This document shows positions 19,185-28,573 of a DNA stretch of 55,298 nt, one piece after another. The position numbers and the translations under genes are program-made. The notes under the pieces were generated by a model. It was not told where the DNA came from. It was given only the letters and a program-made list of their open reading frames with translations, and did not search any database. Source of the DNA: a virus (Duplodnaviria; Caudoviricetes); the IMG/VR virus record IMGVR_UViG_3300046167_000533, positions 1 to 55,298 of that record. One strand, 5' to 3'. Each line of letters opens with the position of its first letter. Position 1 is the first letter of the stretch.

Positions 19185-22062
19185 CAGTAACACGCGGACA
19201 AATACGCCTACGCAAGTACCTTCAATGCCTAAGGTGCCTGCAGATGCCTCGCCTGAAATGCGTAGGTACCTTGAGACTTTATCTCAAGTGGTGTCTATTC
19301 GGTTGGGCAGACGGGGCGATCCACGAGACCGAGCGGTAACTCTTCGTGAGTTAATCGATAGCGGTTTAGCGGATGAGTTAACGTCGTCGCCTTTCAATCC
19401 AAACAGTGCGGGAGCTGTAGGATTTGCTCGTCCTGGAGAGCGTCTTACAGACCTAGCTGTACCGCCAGCCCCAACTGGGTTTACGGTCGATGGCGCTTTC
19501 TCCCAGATACATCTTCGTTGGAATTTCCCCGCCTATTCCAATCATTCTCACACCGAAGTGCATGTACACACGTCTGATGTGATTGGCGATGCTACTTTGC
19601 TGGGCATACAGACTGGCAGGGTCTTTATTGACCCTGTAGGTTCCGGTCAGACTCGCTATTATTGGGTTCGGCATGTAAACACGCAAGGTATAGCTGGCCC
19701 GTTTAACGCTGCTGCTGGTACATCCGGTCAGACAGCTATTGATGTAACTCATATTCTTGGTCTTTTGACTGACTCTATAACGAGCAGTCAGCTGGCCCAG
19801 TCTTTGACAGATGCGATTGACGGAGCTGGTTCAGCAACGGACATATCTAACCTTGAGTCGTTCGTCGGGTTTGTTTCTAGCTATTCCGGTAGCAGCTTAC
19901 TTTCTCGAATAGGTAGCGCTGAAACAGGTATTACGAATCTAAATAGCACATTCGGTAGTACGACTGCAGCAGCAGCTTCTGCTACAGCTGCAGCGCAATC
20001 GGAGAGTGCTGCAATAGCTGCTAAAGCGGATGCTCTGCTTGCCCAAGCTGCAGCAGAAACTGCTCAAAGCAACGCGGAGACCGCAGAGACTGCAGCGGAA
20101 ACTGCCCAAGCGGCGGCGGAAACATCTCAAACAGCTGCTTCCGCATCAGCAACCGGTGCAGCTGGCAGCGCTTCTACTGCTTCTCAAGAAGCTACTACTG
20201 CAGCTAACTCAGCCTCAGCGGCAGGTAATTCAGCGTCAGCAGCAGCGACCAGCGCCACAAATGCAGCGACGTTTGCTACAGCGGCGGGTTCTTCAGCTAC
20301 TGCTTCCCAAAATTCTAGGCTCGCCGCTGAAACTGCAGAAGGCAATGCGGAAACTGCGGAAAGCGGAGCTGCGTCTTCTGCTAGTGCAGCAGCGACTAGC
20401 GCAACAGCTGCTAGTGCCTCGCAATCAGCAGCAGCGTCTTCGGCATCAGCAGCCGATTCAGATCGGATAGCTGCGCAGACAGCTAAGGCAAACGCCGAGA
20501 GTGCAGAGACAAGCGCCGTGTCGGCTAAAAACGACGCAGAGTCTGCTGAAGCAAATGCTGCGACATCAGAAACCAATGCAGCCAACTCAGCGACGTCTGC
20601 GGGTAACTCAGCAACTGCGGCAAACACTAGTGCATCGAATGCAGCTACATCTGCAACGGCTGCCGGTACTGAGAGTAGCGCTGCGACAACAGCGCGGACA
20701 GAAGCTCAGTCTGCGAGGAACACTGCACAAACTGCTCAAGCAGGTGCGGAGCAGGCTGAAACAGATGCGGTCGCAGCAAAAAATGCTGCTCAATCAAGTG
20801 CATCTGCGGCGGCTACTTCTGCGCAAACAGCTTCTACGCAGGCAACTGCAGCAGGTACTGCAGCTACAGCGGCGTCTACTTCTGCAACTAATGCGGCGTC
20901 GTCTGCAGGCAGCGCGTCTACGTTTTCGCAAAACGCATCAGCTTCCGCTACGTCTGCGGCGGGCAGCGCGACAAGCGCAGCACAAAACTTCAATTCCATC
21001 ACGGCTCGATTAAACAATATAGATGGCGCTGGTTCTGGCGTCACCGTTGAGCAGAAATTTACTGCGGTTGCGTCGGACGTTTCGGGCCTAGAAGGTCAGT
21101 ACACCGTAAAGATAGATAGCAACGGCGCTGTCGCTGGGTTTGGTTTAGCCAGTTCTACAACCGCTGCTGGCGGCATTACGTCAGAGTTTATCGTCAACGC
21201 TGATCGGTTTGCGATTATGCGAGGCGGGTCAAATACCACTCCTGCGACTGTACCGTTTGTTGTACAGGCCCAGCCAACAACACTTAACGATGAGTCTGTT
21301 CCCGCAGGCGTTTACATGGCTGATGCGTTTATCAAGAACGGATCAATTGAGTCTGCAAAGATTGGTTCTCTAGCCGCAGATAAAATAAGTGCGGGTTTTA
21401 TAAGCTCTGAGCGTATCGACGTCAACAGCATCGAGGCGTCGAAGCTAAAACTCGACAGCAACTACATGTCGGTTAATAGCAACAATCAACTTCAGTTAAT
21501 TACTAGCAACGGCTCTAACGGGATTAAAGTTGAAAATCTGTCGAACGACGCAGTGGGGACGATACATTTTGCGAACGGCGGGTACGTTTCAGCAGCCAAT
21601 ACGACCTACTACACTGGATCGGGTTTATCTTTTAACGATTTCACCAGTAGCTCGCCGTATAGCAAGCACTCAGCATTTTCGATCTACTTGCCCTTGATTC
21701 TTACGACTACAGTTTCTAAGGCTAAGATCAAGGAGTCAGGGAATTATCAACTGGACTTTGGCTCTCAAGTAGTTGGGATTCAAAGCGGCAGCGGTAAAGT
21801 CGGTATAGCGTGCGTAATAAAGCGGAGTACCACTTTAAGTTTCCCCTCAAGTACATACAACAATCGAGCCACCTCCTACATGTTTGGTGACTACGCTATC
21901 GCTCTTACGCCGATGACTTCGCGCTCGTCAATATACCTCTACAAAAACTACAACTATCAATTCAACCTTTACGGATTCAAAGACGGGATCACTGCTACTA
22001 ATAGTAAAAACGGGTTTGCAGGCACCCATCTACGACTATTCAGGATCTTTTCTGCGACATGA
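19165..22062 (+). CDS. Tail fibre / host-specificity protein (FN3-like, A/S/T coiled coil, DUF1983-like)
   Basis: 965 aa with YYWVRHVN, a long Stf-like Ala-rich stalk and GQYTVKIDSNGAVAGFGL...FIVNADRFAI. Confidence 0.8.
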   Translation: MKSVTANSNTRTNTPTQVPSMPKVPADASPEMRRYLETLSQVVSIRLGRRGDPRDRAVTLRELIDSGLADELTSSPFNPNSAGAVGFARPGERLTDLAVPPAPTGFTVDGAFSQIHLRWNFPAYSNHSHTEVHVHTSDVIGDATLLGIQTGRVFIDPVGSGQTRYYWVRHVNTQGIAGPFNAAAGTSGQTAIDVTHILGLLTDSITSSQLAQSLTDAIDGAGSATDISNLESFVGFVSSYSGSSLLSRIGSAETGITNLNSTFGSTTAAAASATAAAQSESAAIAAKADALLAQAAAETAQSNAETAETAAETAQAAAETSQTAASASATGAAGSASTASQEATTAANSASAAGNSASAAATSATNAATFATAAGSSATASQNSRLAAETAEGNAETAESGAASSASAAATSATAASASQSAAASSASAADSDRIAAQTAKANAESAETSAVSAKNDAESAEANAATSETNAANSATSAGNSATAANTSASNAATSATAAGTESSAATTARTEAQSARNTAQTAQAGAEQAETDAVAAKNAAQSSASAAATSAQTASTQATAAGTAATAASTSATNAASSAGSASTFSQNASASATSAAGSATSAAQNFNSITARLNNIDGAGSGVTVEQKFTAVASDVSGLEGQYTVKIDSNGAVAGFGLASSTTAAGGITSEFIVNADRFAIMRGGSNTTPATVPFVVQAQPTTLNDESVPAGVYMADAFIKNGSIESAKIGSLAADKISAGFISSERIDVNSIEASKLKLDSNYMSVNSNNQLQLITSNGSNGIKVENLSNDAVGTIHFANGGYVSAANTTYYTGSGLSFNDFTSSSPYSKHSAFSIYLPLILTTTVSKAKIKESGNYQLDFGSQVVGIQSGSGKVGIACVIKRSTTLSFPSSTYNNRATSYMFGDYAIALTPMTSRSSIYLYKNYNYQFNLYGFKDGITATNSKNGFAGTHLRLFRIFSAT

Positions 22063-22427
22063 CGATTATCTATAACACAGACACAGGCCTCATACGCATT
22101 AGTGCTTCTTATTCAGAGGAAGAAGTGGCTATGAATCTTAAAGAAAACGAAAGCTCGGTAGACGGTTTTGCTGATCCTGACCTATTTCAAGTTGTAGACG
22201 GGGCAGTTGTGCCATTAGGAAATACAATCCCATTCCAGATCGAGCTTAGAGTTGCACGGGACGCAGAGCTAAGCGCCTGTGACTGGACACAAGTACCTGA
22301 CTCCCCACTGACTGCCGAACAGCGCAGCGAGTGGCAAATGTATCGGCAACGACTGCGCGATTTACCTAGTGATTATTCTCACGTCACGTCATTGGAAGAT
22401 GTGGTTTGGCCTGACCCACCGAGTTAG
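22059..22427 (+). CDS. Tail fibre assembly chaperone
   Basis: RDAELSACDWTQVPDSPL...WQMYRQRLRDLP...WPDPP signature. Confidence 0.85.
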   Translation: MTIIYNTDTGLIRISASYSEEEVAMNLKENESSVDGFADPDLFQVVDGAVVPLGNTIPFQIELRVARDAELSACDWTQVPDSPLTAEQRSEWQMYRQRLRDLPSDYSHVTSLEDVVWPDPPS

Positions 22428-22429
22428 TC

Positions 22430-22894
22430 GTGGTTATCGAATCGGTAGCCGCCGCTGGGATGCTGTTAAGTCAGATTAACTCGGTCATAAGCCAAGTTAA
22501 CGAAACGGGATCCGGTGTTCAGCAGGCTATGGGCTTGATCTCAGATTTTGGCGAAGCCCTAAATCAGTTTGAAGTCGATAGAAAAGCATCGACGTTTAAG
22601 CCTTTGAGTCAGAACGACCTGCTCAAGATTCAAATGCTTCGCAGACAGTATGAGCGGCACTGGCAGTCGGTAAATGATCTCCTGCTAGTGGCAGATCCGA
22701 AGCTACTCGACGACTTTAAACGGGCAAAAGCTGAGCAGGAGCAGGCCCGTCAGCAGCACATGGCTTTGCTAGCTCGAAAGAAAAAAGAGCGGGATAAGTT
22801 GATGAATCAGCTACTCGTCGGTGGCGTGACGTTGGTGATTGGGGGCGGCATTGCCATCGCGGTGCTGTATCTCACGATTAGAGCATTTACCTAA
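22430..22894 (+). CDS. Hypothetical protein with C-terminal TM helix
   Basis: 154 aa, coiled coil plus hydrophobic tail. Confidence 0.65.
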   Translation: MVIESVAAAGMLLSQINSVISQVNETGSGVQQAMGLISDFGEALNQFEVDRKASTFKPLSQNDLLKIQMLRRQYERHWQSVNDLLLVADPKLLDDFKRAKAEQEQARQQHMALLARKKKERDKLMNQLLVGGVTLVIGGGIAIAVLYLTIRAFT

Positions 22895-23217
22895 TGAACA
22901 AACGTTTAGAACCCAACAGTGAATATGCGGCTTACGACGCTGATGGTGACGGGATCGTCACAGATGAAGAGCTGAACACCAGCAAAGAACTGCAAGAACT
23001 GAAGATTAGCCACGAGCGAGCAGACGCGCAGCGGGCTATGTCTTGGTTCGCGTTGTGGGGAATGCTGCTTTACCCGTCGCTTGTAGTGGCCAGCAGTATG
23101 TTTGGGCTAGAGCAAGCGGCATCAATTCTTGGTGACATGGCGTCGGTCTACTTCGTCAGTGTTGCCGGTATCTTGGCCGCGTTCTTCGGAGCGCAGGCTT
23201 GGTCTAATAAAAAGTAA
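22894..23217 (+). CDS. Membrane protein with EF-hand-like loop (holin-like)
   Basis: DADGDGIVTDEE followed by two TM segments. Confidence 0.6.
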   Translation: MNKRLEPNSEYAAYDADGDGIVTDEELNTSKELQELKISHERADAQRAMSWFALWGMLLYPSLVVASSMFGLEQAASILGDMASVYFVSVAGILAAFFGAQAWSNKK

Positions 23218-23229
23218 ACGGAGACTGAT

Positions 23230-23331
23230 ATGCACAAAGGCTACTCATGCATCAATGCAAAACAAAAGCCCGCCAAAAAATCTAAGGCGAAGAAAACCAA
23301 GAAGAAGGCGAAAAGAAATTATGGGTACTAA
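23230..23331 (+). CDS. 33-aa Lys-rich peptide (not in the ORF track)
   Basis: MHKGYSCINAKQKPAKKSKAKKTKKKAKRNYGY with RBS GGAG; fills the gap before the HNH gene. Confidence 0.55.
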   Translation: MHKGYSCINAKQKPAKKSKAKKTKKKAKRNYGY

Positions 23332-23554
23332 ACGGAACTACGACAAAGAGTACGAGTACCACGGAACGGCTGAACAGAAACGACGACGCGCGGGCCGTAA
23401 CAAAGCTCGCCGCGCTGCGCTGGCTGCGGGTAAGGTTAAGAAAGGTGATAAGAAAGATGTGCATCACAAAGACGGCAACCCGCGTAACAACAAATCTTCG
23501 AATGTTACTGTTGTAAGCCGCAAAAAGAACCGTGGTAAATATCGCTTTGCATGA
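23321..23554 (+). CDS. Small HNH-motif protein
   Basis: DVHHKDGNPRNNKSSNV motif; start reassigned to the ATG at 23321. Confidence 0.75.
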   Translation: MGTKRNYDKEYEYHGTAEQKRRRAGRNKARRAALAAGKVKKGDKKDVHHKDGNPRNNKSSNVTVVSRKKNRGKYRFA

Positions 23555-23575
23555 GTGCGTCAATTGACGCACTCA
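23552..23575. repeat. Perfect 24-bp palindrome TGAGTGCGTCAATTGACGCACTCA (probable integrase arm sites)
   Basis: The half-site TGACGC(A/T)C recurs as a direct pair at 23771 and 23782, on the other side of the att core. Confidence 0.7.
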
Positions 23576-23701
23576 AAATTAATGTAATGTGAAATATGTA
23601 GCAATAACATGAGGTTACGCTGCATTGACTTCGTAGGGTAGATAGAAGCAAATAGACTTATAACCTACGTCGTATATGGGTTTACAGGGTTTTCGCCCAT
23701 A

Positions 23702-23721
23702 GAATCCCTCTCTCTCCGCCA
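23702..23721 (+). other. attP: attP core matching the 3' end of a tRNA-Ser (GAATCCCTCTCTCTCCGCCA)
   Basis: T-loop remnant GAATCC, acceptor strand and GCCA end typical of tRNA-Ser, about 80 bp upstream of the integrase. No 5' tRNA half is present. Confidence 0.85.
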
Positions 23722-23798
23722 TTATTTCAGCCCTTGTCACAGCTACGTTTCCCAGCGAGTATCTGTTTACTGACGCTCATATGACGCACGGAGGCGCA

Positions 23799-24794
23799 AT
23801 GGCAACGATTCGGCAGCGCGGAAAAAGCTGGTACGCAGAGGTACGGCTGAAAGGGAAAGTCTCGCGCAAATCATTCAAGACTAAGGCTGCTGCTAACTCA
23901 TGGGTGCTCCAGACTGAGGGGGCCATAGACAGTAACAAGTGGGTCGATGTTCGCGAATCGCGGGCCGCGCTCATCGAGAACATTATCGACTTACTGATTT
24001 ATTCCTATGAACGGTTTGGGATTCAGGTCGCTGGGCCGAAGCTGTCTGCCCTCACTCAGATCAAAACATACTTCCAAGGCACATCAATTCACCTGCTTAC
24101 AGTAGATGAAGTATTGGACTTCGCTGCGTATCGACGGCGCACGGTTTCAGGAAGCACGTTGCAGAAGCAGATGTACTACTTCAAGCAGGCGATCGACAAC
24201 AGCCGTATCCGTACGGAGGTCGCTGCGGTCGACATTGCGATCGAGGAGTTAAAGCGCAAGAAAATAATCAAAGGCAGCAGACTTAGGGACAGGCGTTTGG
24301 AGCCTGGAGAGTATGAGTCGTTAATGCGTGAGGCCGAGGGACATTGGATTGGCCCAGTCATCGACTTTGCGCTAGCTACGGGTATGCGTCAGGGCGAAAT
24401 CTGGGCGTTTAAGTGGTCTGACATAGACGAAAAAGCAGGCACACTTACCTCAATGCGAAAAGACAAAGACGCTGAATCAGGTAAATCCAAGCATGAAATA
24501 CCGCTGTTAGAGGGCGTGAGAGAGGCGCTCCAGCGTGCACAAAACTTAGTTCCGCAAGGGCCAAAGCTTGTTCCTGTAAAGCAAGCGGCTTCAATTTCAG
24601 ACAAGTTTGCGAAACTTACGAAAGCCGCCAACATCGTGGACTTAAAGTTCCATGATCTGCGCCATGAAGCTATTAGTCGGATGTTTGAACGCGGTATGAC
24701 TATCGAGCAAGTGCGTGTTGTTTCAGGTCATCGCTCGTTTGAACAGTTGGCACGATACGTCAACTTGCGGGCTGGGGATCTAACCGGCTTGTAA
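23799..24794 (+). CDS. int: Tyrosine integrase
   Basis: TGMRQGE, FHDLRHEA, SGHRS and RYV catalytic motifs; RBS GGAGG before the ATG at 23799. Confidence 0.95.
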   Translation: MATIRQRGKSWYAEVRLKGKVSRKSFKTKAAANSWVLQTEGAIDSNKWVDVRESRAALIENIIDLLIYSYERFGIQVAGPKLSALTQIKTYFQGTSIHLLTVDEVLDFAAYRRRTVSGSTLQKQMYYFKQAIDNSRIRTEVAAVDIAIEELKRKKIIKGSRLRDRRLEPGEYESLMREAEGHWIGPVIDFALATGMRQGEIWAFKWSDIDEKAGTLTSMRKDKDAESGKSKHEIPLLEGVREALQRAQNLVPQGPKLVPVKQAASISDKFAKLTKAANIVDLKFHDLRHEAISRMFERGMTIEQVRVVSGHRSFEQLARYVNLRAGDLTGL

Positions 24795-24972
24795 AAAACT
24801 CAGCGACCATTGGTGTCGGAAACAGGTACTTTTTGCCGTGTTTAACGTGGGGGATTTTTAAAGTACCTCGGTAGATTTGCTGGTAGATGCTTTCTTTTTT
24901 GATTCTCATTAATGTGGCTAATTCTTCAAGATCCATGAAGGGGCCGAACCGTTCCAGTAGTAGTTGTTCCAA
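24760..24972 (-). CDS. xis: Excisionase-like HTH protein
   Basis: MDLEELATLMRIKKESIYQQI...KHGKKYLF; convergent with and overlapping int. Confidence 0.75.
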   Translation of the reverse strand: MEQLLLERFGPFMDLEELATLMRIKKESIYQQIYRGTLKIPHVKHGKKYLFPTPMVAEFFTSRLDPQPAS

Positions 24973-25013
24973 TGCTATTCGCCATTTTAGTGCTAAGTCG
25001 AACTCGGTAGTAG

Positions 25014-25042
25014 ATATTACTTATACTAATATCCGCCGTCAA
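25014..25042 (-). promoter_or_regulatory. Operator/promoter for xis (TTGACG-N17-TAATAT)
   Basis: Operator ATATTACTTATACTAATAT at 25014-25032 covers the spacer and -10. Confidence 0.8.
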
Positions 25043-25050
25043 ATTTCAGG

Positions 25051-25593
25051 TTAGCTAAGTCGGTTGATACCCGAATGGACGGCGAGTATTGGGTACTTTT
25101 TCTTGATTTTTGCTTTAGCAGGAAGCTCGTCGTGCGAGCATATGCGGCCTTCTTTGTCTCCCTTTAGGACAACAATGTATCGAGCTGCATCTAGCCCATC
25201 GTCTTCACATACCTCTAGTACAGCATCTGGCCAGCGAGCTGAAGAATCCAGTTCAACAAAGAAAGAATCCCTTTTCCGTTTGAAATGGACTTTGTTGTTA
25301 GTTTTACGCGTCATGTTTTTTGAGCTGTAGCGCGTCGTGATGGTCAGTACTTCTGGCAAGTGCTCGGTGATGTTTGGATCAATTTCATGCGGGTCAACTT
25401 CCATGAAATTAGCAAGCTTGATGATGGCTGCTGGGTTCATCTCGGTGATGTTGTTTAGGTACTGGGAAATTGCACCTTGTGTCCACCCAAGTTTTTTTGC
25501 CGCTTCGATTTGTGTGTATTGCGGTTTGATTTTTTTGTTCCAAAGCTTGCGTAAATTAGTCACGCTGTTTGGTACTTGAGTGTTTTTCGTCAT
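25051..25593 (-). CDS. XRE-family HTH repressor
   Basis: TQIEAAKKLGWTQGAISQYLN helix-turn-helix; located near int/xis. Confidence 0.85.
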   Translation of the reverse strand: MTKNTQVPNSVTNLRKLWNKKIKPQYTQIEAAKKLGWTQGAISQYLNNITEMNPAAIIKLANFMEVDPHEIDPNITEHLPEVLTITTRYSSKNMTRKTNNKVHFKRKRDSFFVELDSSARWPDAVLEVCEDDGLDAARYIVVLKGDKEGRICSHDELPAKAKIKKKYPILAVHSGINRLS

Positions 25594-25987
25594 AGCCTGG
25601 TCCCTGGCAAACGGTGGAATAAATCCACGAAGCGACATCCTGTCGCGGTATGTTTTGTTCTACATACTCAGACTTGCATATATTAGTAGAAAAGTCATCC
25701 GTTAATATTAGCGCTGTATCTCCAACACCTAATATTAGTGCTACTGGGGTACTTAGTCTTATGCGTTCTAACCAGGCACACTGGAGCGCGGACAACGAGT
25801 GTCGAATCACTGTGCTGTCTTTCTTCGGTAATGCTTTGACATATTTGTATTCGACAAACAGCAGTCCTGCGGGCCCTGCATACATGGCGTCGGGCACGCC
25901 TCCCGTGTAGGTATCGTGGATCTTCCACTTGTACACATCAGGGTGAAGAGCGTTATGTATGGACCTAACAAAACTGTGTTCGTTCAT
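25556..25987 (-). CDS. VRR-NUC-like nuclease / Holliday junction resolvase
   Basis: MNE...GVPD...FVEYK...LSALQCAW motif. Confidence 0.8.
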   Translation of the reverse strand: MNEHSFVRSIHNALHPDVYKWKIHDTYTGGVPDAMYAGPAGLLFVEYKYVKALPKKDSTVIRHSLSALQCAWLERIRLSTPVALILGVGDTALILTDDFSTNICKSEYVEQNIPRQDVASWIYSTVCQGPGYDEKHSSTKQRD

Positions 25988-26033
25988 AAATTCAGTGATC
26001 CGTTGCGGCACCAAGTGGATCAGGCTTGGGGAT

Positions 26034-26070
26034 AAAACTGCCGCGTGTAAAAGGAGAAAACACACGGCAG
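26034..26070 (-). terminator. Intrinsic terminator-like hairpin with CU-rich loop
   Basis: Minus strand CTGCCGTGTGT-TTTCTCCTTTT-ACACGCGGCAG-TTTT, just after the 26086 gene. Confidence 0.6.
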
Positions 26071-26085
26071 CTCCTGCCATAGATG

Positions 26086-26775
26086 TTACTGCGCGTACTG
26101 CTTGTACAGATCTTCAGCAACTTTGTAGTCGGCTTCCTGTGCCCAACCGATGAACGTGACTTCGCAATTCATAAATGCTTTGCCCATCTTGTTCTCGGTA
26201 GGTACGCCGGACACTTTCCACAAGCCAGCGAAACGGTCACCGCCTTTCATACCGATCTGTGAGTTCCATGCTTTGGATACGCGTAGCTTGGAGCTAGCGA
26301 AGTCCATGATGGCTGGTGAGCGTTCTAGCTCTCCGGTCACAGGATCTTTGATCAGGATGACGTGTGCGTGCGTTTCGTTGATGTCGTACTCATCAGGCTT
26401 GTCTTGAGCAGACACGTACGCGTCAGCTTCTGCCTGAGATGTATATGCACCACCGTAACCGCCGCCAGCTTCTAGCTTGCGCCAGACAACGAACTCAGTT
26501 CTGAAGTGCAGGCTGATGCAGTACAGATCATTACCGTAGTTGTGGTTGGTCAGGGTGTTGACCAAGTGGCCTGGCTCGCAGCCCTCAACGTATGATTGAT
26601 GGTGCTTGTCGACCTCATTGGACATCTTCTGCAGAAGTTTGACCCGAGGGATCTGTACATTCTGGCCGACGTTCTCGTTGCCACGACCTACGCCTTCGAC
26701 AGCTTTGAGGTGGGCAGGAAGTTTGTCGGTTGATGCGACAAGGTTTGCTGTTGTAACTGCTACTGATTTACTCAT
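26086..26775 (-). CDS. Putative single-stranded DNA-binding protein
   Basis: 229 aa with IPRVKLLQ motif; replication-module context. Confidence 0.55.
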   Translation of the reverse strand: MSKSVAVTTANLVASTDKLPAHLKAVEGVGRGNENVGQNVQIPRVKLLQKMSNEVDKHHQSYVEGCEPGHLVNTLTNHNYGNDLYCISLHFRTEFVVWRKLEAGGGYGGAYTSQAEADAYVSAQDKPDEYDINETHAHVILIKDPVTGELERSPAIMDFASSKLRVSKAWNSQIGMKGGDRFAGLWKVSGVPTENKMGKAFMNCEVTFIGWAQEADYKVAEDLYKQYAQ

Positions 26776-26799
26776 AGAAATACTCTTCTTTATTCGTGT

Positions 26800-27165
26800 T
26801 TAAAGGGATCGAAAGTTAATGCGTCGTATGTCGCGAGGGGCTACGCCTGGGACTTCCTGCCCTAGCTTCCACATTTCTTTGCAAGCCGTAGAACTCGCAC
26901 GACGTTGAAGGTAGCTGTAGTCCTCGGTTGCTGAGCAGTGCGCATAGAGCGCATCCCAATCAGTAACGTCAGGTACAGTGTCTTCGTTTATGGACACGCT
27001 GGCTTTGCTGTTCGCGGTGCGCGACAAACCCTGCTCGTCCAATTTGGCGAAGAGTTGGTGATCAAGATCGTCCTTGGCTTTACCCAACTCTTTTAGCTGA
27101 GCGTTGAGACGAGCGATCTCGTCTTTGACGCCAGCGTATTCGTTAATTAGTTCATCAATTGTCAT
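26800..27165 (-). CDS. Hypothetical replication-module protein
   Basis: 121 aa coiled coil with V.DWDALY...LQRR...VPGV. Confidence 0.65.
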   Translation of the reverse strand: MTIDELINEYAGVKDEIARLNAQLKELGKAKDDLDHQLFAKLDEQGLSRTANSKASVSINEDTVPDVTDWDALYAHCSATEDYSYLQRRASSTACKEMWKLGQEVPGVAPRDIRRINFRSL

Positions 27166-27182
27166 AAGGTTTTCTCTTCGTT

Positions 27183-28532
27183 TTAGGCTGCAGGTTTAAG
27201 GTTGTTTAAAATTCCTAGTAGCTCGTCCATGCGATCGACTTTGCTTTGGAGCTTTTCGTACACGTCGGTCTCCCAGGTATCGCGTGCTGCAATCTGTATG
27301 ACTTCGGTCTTTTCGGTTTGACCGGCTCGGTAGATGCGGCGATTGAATTGCTGGTAGTGCTCGGCGTTGTACGTGGGTGATGCCCAGATAATTGTTTTAG
27401 CCTTGGTCATGGTCAGACCATGACCGGCTGATTGAGGATGGCAGAACACAACTTGCAGCTGACCAGCTTGTAGTCGGTCTACAATTTCTTTGCGCTTGGG
27501 AGCGGCTGTACCGCCGTCGATTGTGGCGTGTGCAAGGCCAAGCTTGTCTGCAAGCTCAGCCATGTAGCGTTGTTCGTGCTTCCAATTGAATGCGACAAGT
27601 GTCTGTGCGCGCTCGGAGACCAACTGCATGACAAGGTCGTAGCGTTCTTTGTGGATACGTTGAGTGTCGCCGTGTTCGTCGTAGACAGCTCCGGTACACA
27701 GCTGCAGTAGCTTTTTGACTTTACTGCCTGCATGCACGGCGTTGATTGTTGCAGCACCCGTGTATAACACTGAGTCCTCACTCAATGTTCGGTACTGCTG
27801 CATGATCTTTTTAGGCAGTGTTACGAACATTGTTTGGATACTTTGCTCAGGCATGTCGATACATTCCGTAAGCTCGTATCGGATGTTGATGTCACTGAGC
27901 GCGGCAGCTACTACTTCTTCTGCGTTTTCTTTTTGGACCCACTCGTTGGCAAATCCGTTGAAGCGGGGTGTGCAAACTGATGAGCGGAAGCTGTAGAAGC
28001 GATGACCTAGTCGCTGACCATCGTCTACGATAAGTGTTGGGTGCCAGACGTCGAGTATGCCGTTGCTGTTTGGTGTGCCGGACATAGCAATCCGGTGGTC
28101 AAACGCCTGTGCAATTTTGTAACAAGCTTTGCTGCGCTGGCTGTCTTTGTTTTTGAACGCGGTGAACTCGTCGATAACTAACGTGTCGAAGTTCTCAAGA
28201 ACGTGTGCATTCTTTGCGATCCACTTAACTGCGTCGTGGTTGGTAATAACTACTCGTGCATCGCTTTTGAATGCTGCTTCACGGTTTTTTGCGTACGCAA
28301 TTGCGTACGTTAGTTCTGGTTGGAACTTATCGATGTCATCGCCCCACGACGCTTCGAGTATGGACAGCGGTGCGAGAACCAAGGTACGCGATTCGCGGCC
28401 CACGATTGCATCGAGCACAGAACGAGTCTTGCCTGTGCCAGGGTCAGAGGTGATCAAACAACGTGGCTGCTGCTTGATGAAGTCAGTTGTGACTTTTTGA
28501 TGTTCGAATGGTTCGTACATAGCATCACTCAT
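27183..28532 (-). CDS. SNF2-like (SF2) helicase
   Basis: DPGTGKT, VIDE, SGTP, SAGHGLT and QFNRRIYRAGQ motifs. Confidence 0.92.
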   Translation of the reverse strand: MSDAMYEPFEHQKVTTDFIKQQPRCLITSDPGTGKTRSVLDAIVGRESRTLVLAPLSILEASWGDDIDKFQPELTYAIAYAKNREAAFKSDARVVITNHDAVKWIAKNAHVLENFDTLVIDEFTAFKNKDSQRSKACYKIAQAFDHRIAMSGTPNSNGILDVWHPTLIVDDGQRLGHRFYSFRSSVCTPRFNGFANEWVQKENAEEVVAAALSDINIRYELTECIDMPEQSIQTMFVTLPKKIMQQYRTLSEDSVLYTGAATINAVHAGSKVKKLLQLCTGAVYDEHGDTQRIHKERYDLVMQLVSERAQTLVAFNWKHEQRYMAELADKLGLAHATIDGGTAAPKRKEIVDRLQAGQLQVVFCHPQSAGHGLTMTKAKTIIWASPTYNAEHYQQFNRRIYRAGQTEKTEVIQIAARDTWETDVYEKLQSKVDRMDELLGILNNLKPAA

Positions 28533-28544
28533 TGATGGATTGTA

Positions 28545-28573
28545 ATATTAGCAGTACTAATATTAGTGCTCAA
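28545..28573 (-). promoter_or_regulatory. Operator/promoter for the helicase operon (TTGAGC-N17-TAATAT)
   Basis: ATATTAGCAGTACTAATAT at 28545-28563. Confidence 0.8.

Noticed and set aside
19950-20990. Repetitive GCA/GCT-rich DNA as a non-coding repeat or alternative ORFs
   Set aside because: Explained by the Ala/Ser/Thr coiled-coil stalk of the tail fibre.
11493-22062. Diversity-generating retroelement or invertase-driven fibre switching
   Set aside because: No reverse transcriptase motif, no TR/VR pair differing at adenines, and no serine invertase or inverted fibre cassettes were seen.
23680-23721. Intact tRNA-Ser gene
   Set aside because: Only the 3' 20 nt match. The upstream sequence cannot form the D, anticodon or acceptor arms, so it is treated as attP.
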